Shown one piece after another: positions 34,715 through 43,084 of a DNA stretch of 44,733 bases; positions within the stretch are counted from its first letter, which is position 1, and each line of letters starts with the position of its first letter. The notes beneath the pieces were generated by a model. It was not told the origin of the DNA. It made no database searches and saw only the letters and a list, made by a program, of their open reading frames with translations. The translations under genes and the position numbers were made by a program. The stretch is taken from assembly GCA_046259695.1 (NCBI GenBank), contig JBJYWX010000209.1:1-44733 (forward strand). The letters are read 5' to 3'. The stretch is from Candidatus Promineifilaceae bacterium (lineage in GTDB: Bacteria; Chloroflexota; Anaerolineae; Promineifilales; Promineifilaceae).

Positions 34715-35203
34715 ATGTCTATGCGTAAACGAAGCACATTTTTCTGCAGGCATCGCCTGCCATTCTTGACGATGCTGCTGATACTGCTCAGTCTGATTTT
34801 GGCTTGTGGGCCATCCACAGGCTCCGGGCTGGAAGGCACTGTCTCCTCTTCAGATGCGGTGATTATTTACAGTCGCGAGGGCGGTTTCGCAGGAGTTAGC
34901 CAGGAGTGGGTCATTCATCTTGACGGCACGATAAACGCGCCGGCCGGGGAGACCCTGACTGTATCGCCGGAAGCCGTGCGCGAATTGGTCGAAATCGGCG
35001 CCGAAACCAATTTTGCCAATCTCGCCGGCGCTCCCACGCCCGATGCGTGCTGCGACCAGTTTGTCTACACACTCACTTTTTCCACCGCTGACCAGAGCTG
35101 GAGCTTAAGCACCACCGATTCGGCCGAACAAGACCCAGTTGTTAGCGAGCTTTTCGACATGGCGGCCGCTTTGATTGCCTCCGCCGAACCCGCCTCAGGG
35201 TAA
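34715..35203 (+). CDS. Small lipoprotein of unknown function
   Basis: Lipobox LLSLILACG. The 130-aa mature domain matches no motif I recognise. Last gene of the glycosylation operon. Confidence 0.5.
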   Translation: MSMRKRSTFFCRHRLPFLTMLLILLSLILACGPSTGSGLEGTVSSSDAVIIYSREGGFAGVSQEWVIHLDGTINAPAGETLTVSPEAVRELVEIGAETNFANLAGAPTPDACCDQFVYTLTFSTADQSWSLSTTDSAEQDPVVSELFDMAAALIASAEPASG

Positions 35204-35258
35204 CGTATTCCGGCACGCGGGCATGAATATTTCTTAGGAGCGGTTAGCCAGTGAGGGG

Positions 35259-37517
35259 CTACTTTTTACGGCTCTCGCGCCAGCGCCGGTAACGTACTGC
35301 CAGGCTTTCCTTCATCAGGATTGGCCGTAGTTCGCGCCACTGCTGCCGCGGATCAAACCCTTCATCCGTCTGATATGCGCCACTGAATTGCTTGCGCACA
35401 TATTCATGCGTCAGTTTGCGGATTGGAGCTTGCCCTTGGGGCACAACCGCAGTCATACGCTCCGCCCGTTCATACGGCGTGTCCGATGGTCCGTAGAGTA
35501 TACCTAGCAGCCCGGCCCAGAAGCCAAGTCGCCCATAACTGCGGTCGATATCGCCTTCGGCGCGCCGGTTGAGTTCGTAGCCAATGAAAACCAGGATACC
35601 GGCGGCCAGCAATATAAGCACGGCAAGCAGTGCCTGCCAGACCGGGAAGTTTATCCCGGCATTCGACGGATCCGGCAAACCGTCGAGGGCAATACCGGGG
35701 TCTTCCTCGGATAGCCGGGGGTCGATCCCATCGTCCAGTGGCGCCGCTTCGCGGTTAAAGACAGGGGAGGCAAAAGCATCGCCGCCGCCGGAGGTCTCCG
35801 GCCGTTCAATCACGGGAATGGCAGCGGTCGGTTCAAACTCGATCCACCCATACTGTGGAAAATAGACTTCCACCCAAGTATGCGCATTGTTAGCCCGCAC
35901 ACGGTAGGAGCTGCTCTCCTCGTCGAAATCGCCTTGTGCGTAACCACTCACAACGCGCGCGGGAATGCCTTGTGAGCGCAGCATAACAGCCATCGCCGAG
36001 GCATAGTAGGTGCAGTATCCCTCTTTGCTTTCGAATAGCGTGTAATGAACCGGTTCGACGTCTTCCGGCGGCGCGGCAATCTGGTCGTTGTAAGTGATGT
36101 TGCTGCGCAGATAATCGCGCACAGCCAGAGATTTATCAAAAGCATTATCGTAGGGAGCGGTCAGGTCGGCGGCCAGCTGCTTAGTTTCCTCCGAAATCGT
36201 ATCCGGCAGCTGCATATAGCTTTCCGTCACCCAGGCAGGATAGTTGGCGCCTGCACTTCGCAGACTCTCCATGTCAGCCGTTGAAACGCGCGACGTCACA
36301 TCATATGTGTCGCCCTGGCGTAAAACGAAGCGCGAACGCGCGGCTGTAACCAATTCGCGATCTTGCTCATCGAGCCGGCTCTCAATAAACATCTGCTTAT
36401 CGGAACTGACCAGCTCCGGCGCAGCATAAATGAACCCGGAATTGGGGACATAATTATGCACCGTGTAGCTCACTGCTTCCCGGGCGACCGTTGCAGGTAT
36501 AGGGAGCGGGCCGTCATCGGGATAATGAAGCCGGTTATCCAGCTCTTCGCCGACGCGCCACCCTTTGCCGTCGTAGGCATCATAGGCGATCGCCTGCCAA
36601 TAAACCGAACGTAGTTGGCGCGGGACCACCACATCCATAATAAGTGTATTGCCTACTGTGCGCGGGCCGCCCAACACAAGGGAATCCTGGTAAGGATCAG
36701 AGGTCGCCGTGCCGTACGTGCGCAGCGAAGAGAAAAGGCGTGTCCAATTGTCCTGGAAGTCGCGCCACGGGCCCTGCGTGCCGCTCAGAGCGTCATTTAC
36801 AACGGTGTTAGCGGATAGAGTTGGCAGGCTCCAGGAGAACAGTAGCAGCAGGACCGAAGCCAGAAGCCCAGCGCGCAAGAATGCGAACCAGATGCCCCTA
36901 TCGTAACGGACGGCCGCGCGCCGCCACTGCAGCTCTTGCTCGTGTACATTTGTGCGCACGGCGTAAAGCAGCGCAAGGATGGCATAGGCCGCCAGGTAGA
37001 GCAACAGCGGGCGCGGGCCATTGTAGTAATAGACAACGCTGAGCAGCACAAGGCCGGTCGGCAAAATAACACGCCATAGACGCGGGTTGCGGAACGTGTA
37101 CCAGGCCGCGCTAAAACCAAGGATCCAATATACGGCCGTGGTTTGGATTACAAAAATCAGCCCATCGCGGCTGGTGCCGCCGGTGACTGCCTTCTGCAGC
37201 CATGCCCCCTGGCGCGACAAGATTTCATAGACCCGTTCGCGCCAGACTGCTTCGCCCGGCAAAATGAGCCCGACCAGGTAAGTAACAGTGAAAATACCAA
37301 AGACCAGGAAGAAGAGGAACGCGGTACGGTCCCTAAAAGCGCTTTTGGACAGGGCAAGGCCAGCGAACAAGCCCGCCGTGGCAGCGACAGACACGACTTG
37401 CAAACCATCGATAAGATTGGTCTGTGTTATGGCGGAGGATGCCACCAACAGCATCGCCCAGAGTAAGAAGAATGTTGACCAACCTTCTTCAAGCCGGAAT
37501 CGCGAGCGAATGTCCAT
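35259..37517 (-). CDS. Transglutaminase-like membrane protein (TgpA-like: N-terminal polytopic domain + transglutaminase core + C-terminal TM/DUF4129-like)
   Basis: Core EGYCTYYASAMAVMLRSQGIPARVVSGY (Cys) ... NAHTWVEVYFPQYGWIEFEPT (His, Asp/Glu). Six or so N-terminal TM helices and one TM after the core. Confidence 0.75.
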   Translation of the reverse strand: MDIRSRFRLEEGWSTFFLLWAMLLVASSAITQTNLIDGLQVVSVAATAGLFAGLALSKSAFRDRTAFLFFLVFGIFTVTYLVGLILPGEAVWRERVYEILSRQGAWLQKAVTGGTSRDGLIFVIQTTAVYWILGFSAAWYTFRNPRLWRVILPTGLVLLSVVYYYNGPRPLLLYLAAYAILALLYAVRTNVHEQELQWRRAAVRYDRGIWFAFLRAGLLASVLLLLFSWSLPTLSANTVVNDALSGTQGPWRDFQDNWTRLFSSLRTYGTATSDPYQDSLVLGGPRTVGNTLIMDVVVPRQLRSVYWQAIAYDAYDGKGWRVGEELDNRLHYPDDGPLPIPATVAREAVSYTVHNYVPNSGFIYAAPELVSSDKQMFIESRLDEQDRELVTAARSRFVLRQGDTYDVTSRVSTADMESLRSAGANYPAWVTESYMQLPDTISEETKQLAADLTAPYDNAFDKSLAVRDYLRSNITYNDQIAAPPEDVEPVHYTLFESKEGYCTYYASAMAVMLRSQGIPARVVSGYAQGDFDEESSSYRVRANNAHTWVEVYFPQYGWIEFEPTAAIPVIERPETSGGGDAFASPVFNREAAPLDDGIDPRLSEEDPGIALDGLPDPSNAGINFPVWQALLAVLILLAAGILVFIGYELNRRAEGDIDRSYGRLGFWAGLLGILYGPSDTPYERAERMTAVVPQGQAPIRKLTHEYVRKQFSGAYQTDEGFDPRQQWRELRPILMKESLAVRYRRWRESRKK

Positions 37518-37673
37518 ACACGTACACCTCGTTGTTCAAGTAGTCTTGGCCGGCCTCTGGTATTGTCGATCGTATACCGGGGCCAGCCGGCAAGCCAGTC
37601 CCTGCTCTGGTTAGGCAAGTATAACGCAGCAGGCGCACGGCGCCGCTCAGATCGCCCGTTATTTCAGCCTGAT

Positions 37674-38189
37674 TTAATCTGATGGCGTGCGGCGGCGCTG
37701 CCAGATACCGAGCAGAAGAACAAATGCCAGTCCCGCCAGCCCCAGCCAAAACCAGTTGAAACGGGCTGGCGGCAGCACCTCAAGATCCAATGCCAATTCA
37801 CCCGAACCGGCCGGCCCGCTTACCGCGATCGTAGTCGCATAAAGGCCCGGCTGCTCAATATCCAGATCTGTCTCGTAGAAGAGGCGATTAATGGATTGTT
37901 CCGTGGTAGCAGACGAAGCGATAGGCGACGCCGTCTGCTCTGTCTGAGCCATTGTGATCAAAATCTGGGCATCCAGCACGGGCGCACCATCACCGGGCGC
38001 GGCCACACCGACCGTAAAATGCACCGGGGCGCCTGCACGTGGTTGGGGCGGGTTAACCCAAACGGATACCATGTAGGGACCAGTCGCGACCGGTCCCGCC
38101 ACCAACGCTCCGCCGCCATGGGCCGCGACTTGAGCCACCATCATTACCGGCAGGAGAAATAGAACGGCCAGAATCGCCCTCATACGCAT
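37674..38189 (-). CDS. Secreted, C-terminally membrane-anchored protein of unknown function (beta-sandwich, FixH/YtkA-like by guess)
   Basis: ATG 38189 is 7 nt after the SURF1 stop. Signal peptide MRMRAILAVLFLLPVMMVAQVAAHG. The soluble domain is about 120 aa. C-terminal TM FWLGLAGLAFVLLLGIW followed by RRR. The 38504 start in the ORF track overlaps SURF1 and is rejected. Confidence 0.5.
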   Translation of the reverse strand: MRMRAILAVLFLLPVMMVAQVAAHGGGALVAGPVATGPYMVSVWVNPPQPRAGAPVHFTVGVAAPGDGAPVLDAQILITMAQTEQTASPIASSATTEQSINRLFYETDLDIEQPGLYATTIAVSGPAGSGELALDLEVLPPARFNWFWLGLAGLAFVLLLGIWQRRRTPSD

Positions 38190-38196
38190 GACACCT

Positions 38197-38988
38197 TCAG
38201 TCGGACCGCTGGTTGTTCTTGCGCACAAAGAGCAGATAAGCAACGCCCAGGCCGATAGAGAAGATAAACCATTGCACGGCGTAGCTGAGATGCGGGCCCT
38301 CGGAGAGATCAATTTGCCGTTCCAGGCGATAAGGCAGGGCCGCATTATTGTCCACCGGCGACTGTATAATGTAGAACGGCAGCAGCTCATATGGCAGCTG
38401 CTGCTGAATTTCGGCAATATCGACGCGGTAGACCTCATCTTGCGGGCCTTCGGGCGTGGCTGCTGAGCCGCGCGATAACGCTTGTGATAGGGCGATATAA
38501 CCATCTATCGTTACCTCGCCGGGCACATCGTAAGCGGAACGCGCTTCCACACCCCTTTCGGCGTCGGGAATCCAGCCGTTGTCCACTAGGACGGCTTTCT
38601 GGCCGTCGTCCATAACTAGCGGCGTGATAAGATGGACACCGGCGCGCGAATCCCAATTTTGCACCTTGAGCAAGATCTGCCGGTCGTAGTCAAAAGAGCC
38701 GCTGGCATCCACCAGGCGATTTTCCCAGGACGAGAGGTCCAAGGGGATAGGCGTATTATTCAGGTCAAAAGGCGGGGTTTCGAGCGAAGCGGCAATGACG
38801 GCGTTGGACGCGCGGCGTTGGGCCAAACGATCCAGCTGCCAGATCCCAAGGCGTGCCAGCACAATCATTAGGGCGATGACCAGTAGAGTAACCCACCACC
38901 AGCGGCGGCTGAAGAGCGATCGGATTAATTCCACGGCCGGTATTACTTCTCCATGCCGGGGGCGATCAATTTCTCCTCGGCGCTCCAC
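38197..38988 (-). CDS. SURF1-family cytochrome oxidase biogenesis protein
   Basis: RRWWWVTLLVIALMIVLARLGIWQLDRLAQRR (N-terminal TM plus WQ..R motif) and C-terminal HLSYAVQWFIFSIGL. The alternative GTG start at 38934 (after SD GGAGAAG) would remove the 46-nt overlap with ctaG. Confidence 0.75.
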   Translation of the reverse strand: MERRGEIDRPRHGEVIPAVELIRSLFSRRWWWVTLLVIALMIVLARLGIWQLDRLAQRRASNAVIAASLETPPFDLNNTPIPLDLSSWENRLVDASGSFDYDRQILLKVQNWDSRAGVHLITPLVMDDGQKAVLVDNGWIPDAERGVEARSAYDVPGEVTIDGYIALSQALSRGSAATPEGPQDEVYRVDIAEIQQQLPYELLPFYIIQSPVDNNAALPYRLERQIDLSEGPHLSYAVQWFIFSIGLGVAYLLFVRKNNQRSD

Positions 38989-39881
38989 GTACGCGCCGGC
39001 AGCGGCGGCTTATCTGCTTCGCTGCCCAGGTACTGCGACATCAGCACAAGCGCAGCCAATAAGAACATCATGCTCCCCGGAATCCACATAATGACGCCCC
39101 CGATTCGCTGGTCAGTGAGCGCATCAATGCCCCAAACGCGTGGCACCGCTTCGTAATAAGAATAAATGACTCTGCTGTTAAAGGCCAGCCAAATGCCCAG
39201 AATCATGTTGGCCGGCACGGCAGCCAATACAAAGCCGATACGGCCGATCTGGCCAAACTGCTTGTGTATGCGCGGACCGGCGCCGATCACGTGCCACCAC
39301 AACAGCATACTGGCAATAAAAAAGCTAAGATGCTCCAGGTCATGCACGAAGTCATGTCGAAGCGCCGCGTTGTACATGGATGGGTCATGCCAGCCGAAGA
39401 GGGCGATGATCCAGACCAGCCAGATGATTCCCGGCGCGGTAATCGTACGCAGCCAGGACCGGTACTTGCTATCGCGATGCAGTATGTGTCCCATGGCGTG
39501 CCCCACGCGCAGGCGCAGGCGGTCGGGCAGGCCCCACAATAGAACAGGCATAGGATTGGCGATCAGCAGCAAGACCGGAGCGATCATGATCAACAAGAGG
39601 TGCTGGATCATGTGCATGAAGAACAGCTGCTGGCTCAATGCGTCAATAGGAGAGAGCAAGGCGAGCGCCACAAAAATCAGGCCAGTCACGTAGCTGATCG
39701 GCCGCCAGGCGGCGGTCAGGGGATAGTAAGAGTTGCTGCTGCCTTTGCGGCGATTACCGGCCGTGCGCTTGCGCAGCCGCCACCATCCCGCGACATACAG
39801 GTAACCGAGAATCAATAGCGGCAGGAGCACCTCGAGCCGCCAGTTCCAACTGCGTAAAACTGCCTGGGTAACCGGATCCAT
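38943..39881 (-). CDS. ctaG: Cytochrome c oxidase assembly factor CtaG (caa3-type, PF09678-like membrane protein)
   Basis: Polytopic. FFMHMIQHLLLIMIAPVLLL and FVHDLEHLSFFIASMLLWWHV His-containing helices are typical of caa3_CtaG. Confidence 0.65.
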   Translation of the reverse strand: MDPVTQAVLRSWNWRLEVLLPLLILGYLYVAGWWRLRKRTAGNRRKGSSNSYYPLTAAWRPISYVTGLIFVALALLSPIDALSQQLFFMHMIQHLLLIMIAPVLLLIANPMPVLLWGLPDRLRLRVGHAMGHILHRDSKYRSWLRTITAPGIIWLVWIIALFGWHDPSMYNAALRHDFVHDLEHLSFFIASMLLWWHVIGAGPRIHKQFGQIGRIGFVLAAVPANMILGIWLAFNSRVIYSYYEAVPRVWGIDALTDQRIGGVIMWIPGSMMFLLAALVLMSQYLGSEADKPPLPARTWSAEEKLIAPGMEK

Positions 39882-39909
39882 GAAGTTGTAAGGCGGGTAA
39901 TAGAAATAA

Positions 39910-39937
39910 TATAACGGCCCGTTGGCGAGCCGTTATA
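39910..39937 (-). terminator. Hairpin/terminator between ctaE and ctaG
   Basis: Perfect 9-bp stem TATAACGGC / GCCGTTATA with a 10-nt loop. On the minus-strand RNA it is followed by UUAUUUCUAUU. Confidence 0.45.
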
Positions 39938-40039
39938 CTGTCCCTACTTATCTTAGCTCCCAGAAAACAGCGTGGTCAAGAGAGTCTTATGATCAAAGCA
40001 CGCCCGGCCAATCCGCTGTTAGATTTAGCTTGGCCTCTG

Positions 40040-40687
40040 TCAGAAAGGCGTCCCCATTAAATAAAGGGCCGGATAGTAAAACACCCACACGACATCGACG
40101 AAGTGCCAATAAAGGCCCGCGCCTTCCACGCCCCAGCTTCTTTCCGGCGTAAACTCGCCTCGGCGTCCTTTGTTCCACATGATCAGCAGCAGCATCAATC
40201 CCGTGACAACGTGCAGCGCGTGCCAACCTGTCATGGCGAAGAAGATGCCCGATTCCACGCCATCGGAAGGCTTAAGATGGCCGAATAACTCAATACCAGC
40301 CACATTGGCCTGCAGCCCAAAGACATTCCACTCAAAGAAAACAACACCAACCAGGAACATGAGACCAAACAAAGAAGCCAACAGGAAATTAGTTTGGAAT
40401 TTCTTGCGATCGCCGAATTCCATGGACGTCTGGCCACGATAGACGAACCAACTGCTGACCAACAATGTGACCGTCGCCATCAGTCCCATTTCCTGGCTCA
40501 ATTCCGGCCGGTGTTCGCCCCACAGCACAAAGCGAGCAGTCAGAAGAGCGCCAAACAGAAAAACCTCAGAGAAAATGAACAGCCACATGCCCAGGCGGTT
40601 GCTGCGCAGCTGCACAGGCCATGGCACTTCATGGCCGTGGGGCTCGCCGTCATGATGTTCGTGTGGCGTAGTTGAGACCATACTCAT
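40040..40687 (-). CDS. ctaE: Cytochrome c oxidase subunit III
   Basis: LGMWLFIFSEVFLFG, WHALHVVTG and YWHFVDVVWVFYYPALYL. ATG 40687 overlaps the subunit IV stop by 1 nt (TGATG) and is preferred over ORF-track 40735. Confidence 0.85.
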   Translation of the reverse strand: MSMVSTTPHEHHDGEPHGHEVPWPVQLRSNRLGMWLFIFSEVFLFGALLTARFVLWGEHRPELSQEMGLMATVTLLVSSWFVYRGQTSMEFGDRKKFQTNFLLASLFGLMFLVGVVFFEWNVFGLQANVAGIELFGHLKPSDGVESGIFFAMTGWHALHVVTGLMLLLIMWNKGRRGEFTPERSWGVEGAGLYWHFVDVVWVFYYPALYLMGTPF

Positions 40688-40890
40688 CAATGACTCTCCT
40701 CTCGCCAAAGGCGGGTGACGTGCATAAAGACCCAAACGATTAGGGCTGCCTTCACAAGGGCTATCAAGAAAAGGGCGATTATTGAGGCATGAAAAACGAA
40801 AGCGACGATGAACTCAATAATTGTCAGGACCATGAGGGCCAAAAAGGTCCAGGTGCCGCGGCGCATCGCGTTGGATTTACTTTCACTCAC
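40687..40890 (-). CDS. Small cytochrome oxidase subunit IV-like protein (COX4_pro family)
   Basis: 67 aa with two TM helices. ALVKAALIVWVFMHV resembles the K..lv..yFMH motif. It sits between subunits I and III. Confidence 0.55.
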   Translation of the reverse strand: MSESKSNAMRRGTWTFLALMVLTIIEFIVAFVFHASIIALFLIALVKAALIVWVFMHVTRLWREESH

Positions 40891-40925
40891 TACTTGCTTC
40901 TCCTTTCTGCGGGCACATGCCGCGC

Positions 40926-43043
40926 TCAGTCACCGGTTGGAGCCGGAATCGCCTTCGTTGTGTAAGGCGCATCGTGCAGGCCATAGTCGTAGGGATCGCC
41001 AACGACAACGATAGGTGCATCATAGTTGAATTCGGGCGGCGGGCTGGAAGTGTGCCACTCCGGCGAGCGCGAACGCCAAGGGTTGCGCCCTGCCGCCGGT
41101 TGGGTTCGCATGCTCGTAGCAAAGTTGTACAAGGCTATCAGCACGGCCCAACCAATCACTAACGCAGCAATTGTTACCAGCATCTGGCCATGTTGGACGC
41201 CCAGCGCCGGATCGTAATCCGCGATGCGGCGGCGCATGCCGGCAATGCCGATGCTCATCTGGCCAAAACTCATTACCCAGAACCCAGGCACCATCAACCA
41301 GAAGTGGATCTTGCCCAGCTTCTCATTGTACATATGGCCGGTGATCTTCGGATACCAATAGTAAATCGCGGCAAAGAAGGGAAAAATAAAGCCGCCGAAC
41401 ATCGTGGCATGGAAATGCCCTACGACCCAGTAACTATCATGCAGGTGCATGTCGGTGGGAATTGTGCCCAGGATAGGGCCGGTCACACCGCCGATAAGAA
41501 AAACCGAGATCGCGCCGAGTACGAACAGCATGGGAGTCTCAAAGGAGAGCTTGCCGCCCCATAAGGTAGCCACCCAACTGAAGAATTTTACGCCGGTCGG
41601 AATGGCAACCAGCATGGTCGCCATCATGAATGGAATCCGCAGGGCATCATTCATGCCGGAGACAAACATATGGTGCGCCCAAACCAGAAAACCCACGGAC
41701 GCAATACCCAAACTGGATAACGCCACCCATTTATAACCGAACAACGGCTTGCGGCTGAAGACCGGCAGCAGCTCGCTGATGACTCCCAGCCCCGGCAGCA
41801 CAAAAAGATAGACAACTGGATGAGAGTAGAACCAGAAGAGATGCTGGTAAAGAAGCGGATTGCCGCCATAGTTCGGATTGAAGAACGTCAGACCATAGGC
41901 ACGTTCGAGCACAGTGGAGGTCAGGGCCACACCGACCGTCTGGGTGGAAGTAAACTGGATCAGGGCCGCGCCCATGGCGCCCCAAACAAAGATAGGCATG
42001 CGGAAGGGGGTCATGCCTGGCGCGCGCATGGTGACGGTCGTCACAATCATATTGATAGCGCTGGCAATGGAGGAGAATCCATTGGTCCAGAAGCCAAGTA
42101 AGAACAGGAGTACACCAGAACTTGGCGTAAACAGGCTCAAAGTCGGATAGCCAACCCAACCGGTGTCCCATCCGCCAATGGCCATGCCGGACAAGATCAA
42201 TATAACGGCAGGTATGCCCACCCAGAAGCTAAATGCATTAAGACGCGGGAAGGCCATGTCAGATGCGCCGATCATGATCGGCACCAGGTAGTTGATCATG
42301 GCGCCAACGCCTAGGAGGATGCTGGCGATCATGACAATGCCGTGTGCACTGAAGAGGGTATTGTACTGATCGTTGGTAAGCCACTGCATACCGGGCTGCG
42401 CCAGTTCAATACGGAAGATAATGGCGAAGATACCGCCGATAAGCAGCACCAGGAGGCTGGTAACACCGTATTGAATACCGATCACTTTGTGGTTCACATC
42501 GGCCGTGAAATAGCGGAACCACTCTGGTTTGCCTTCAGGCGCCCCGTGATGCAGGGGCGTATCATGGCCGCCAATCCACAACAGCCAGTCCGTAATTGCG
42601 CCGGCGCCTAATACAAAGCCTATGACGCTGACGATCGCGCCAAAGACCATCGCTCCTTCGGTCATCTCAAACAAGGGCTGCCGCGTGAGCAGGTTGAATA
42701 AGGGGAAGGCCAGGATGAAAGCAATTGCCATACCCACAATGCCGCGGAAAAGCGCCGTAGCCGAGCCATAGTAAAGGAATTTGCCCAGGCTGAATTTGCG
42801 GAACATGCCCAACCCGGAAGCAAAGCCAAGGGCCGCCAGGCCAAGCACAAGGAGCGCTGCCAAGCCCGGCAAGAAAAGGTTGGCCACGACAGGTGGCTGC
42901 TCCAGGCCCAATCCCCTTACCAGGATCAGGTCCTGCAGATAGTAGAAGATGCCAAAGAGGATACCGCCGACGACTGCACCGAACAGGGCACCCATCAGGG
43001 CATCAAATGGCTTAGAGCGGGTGATTCTTAGCACGAACTGCAT
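40926..43043 (-). CDS. ctaD: Cytochrome c oxidase subunit I with a ~170-aa N-terminal membrane extension
   Basis: SD GAGGAG lies 7 nt before ATG 43043; the ORF-track TTG 43058 lies in the SD. The canonical core starts at VNHKVIGIQY (ORF residue 188). WFYSHPVVYLFVLPGLGVISE, WAHHMF and HFHATMFGG are present. Confidence 0.9.
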   Translation of the reverse strand: MQFVLRITRSKPFDALMGALFGAVVGGILFGIFYYLQDLILVRGLGLEQPPVVANLFLPGLAALLVLGLAALGFASGLGMFRKFSLGKFLYYGSATALFRGIVGMAIAFILAFPLFNLLTRQPLFEMTEGAMVFGAIVSVIGFVLGAGAITDWLLWIGGHDTPLHHGAPEGKPEWFRYFTADVNHKVIGIQYGVTSLLVLLIGGIFAIIFRIELAQPGMQWLTNDQYNTLFSAHGIVMIASILLGVGAMINYLVPIMIGASDMAFPRLNAFSFWVGIPAVILILSGMAIGGWDTGWVGYPTLSLFTPSSGVLLFLLGFWTNGFSSIASAINMIVTTVTMRAPGMTPFRMPIFVWGAMGAALIQFTSTQTVGVALTSTVLERAYGLTFFNPNYGGNPLLYQHLFWFYSHPVVYLFVLPGLGVISELLPVFSRKPLFGYKWVALSSLGIASVGFLVWAHHMFVSGMNDALRIPFMMATMLVAIPTGVKFFSWVATLWGGKLSFETPMLFVLGAISVFLIGGVTGPILGTIPTDMHLHDSYWVVGHFHATMFGGFIFPFFAAIYYWYPKITGHMYNEKLGKIHFWLMVPGFWVMSFGQMSIGIAGMRRRIADYDPALGVQHGQMLVTIAALVIGWAVLIALYNFATSMRTQPAAGRNPWRSRSPEWHTSSPPPEFNYDAPIVVVGDPYDYGLHDAPYTTKAIPAPTGD

Positions 43044-43084
43044 AACGTTTCTCCTCAATCAACGTTAGGGTTTTCTACCTAGGT

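Noticed and set aside
37548-37598. Long imperfect GC-rich hairpin (CTTGGCCGGCC...GCCAGCCGGCAAG) between the anchored-protein gene and the transglutaminase gene
   Set aside because: The arms need a bulge and a mismatch, there is no U-tract, and I could not establish a function. It may simply be a weak transcript-end structure.
37674-38504. Long N-terminal extensions given by the ORF track: 37674..38504, 8841.., 11061.., 27676.., 29249.., 30134.., 40735, 43058 and 15240
   Set aside because: In each case an internal ATG has a proper SD, a signal peptide, or stop/start coupling with the upstream gene. The extension either overlaps the neighbouring CDS or is Arg/Pro-rich junk.
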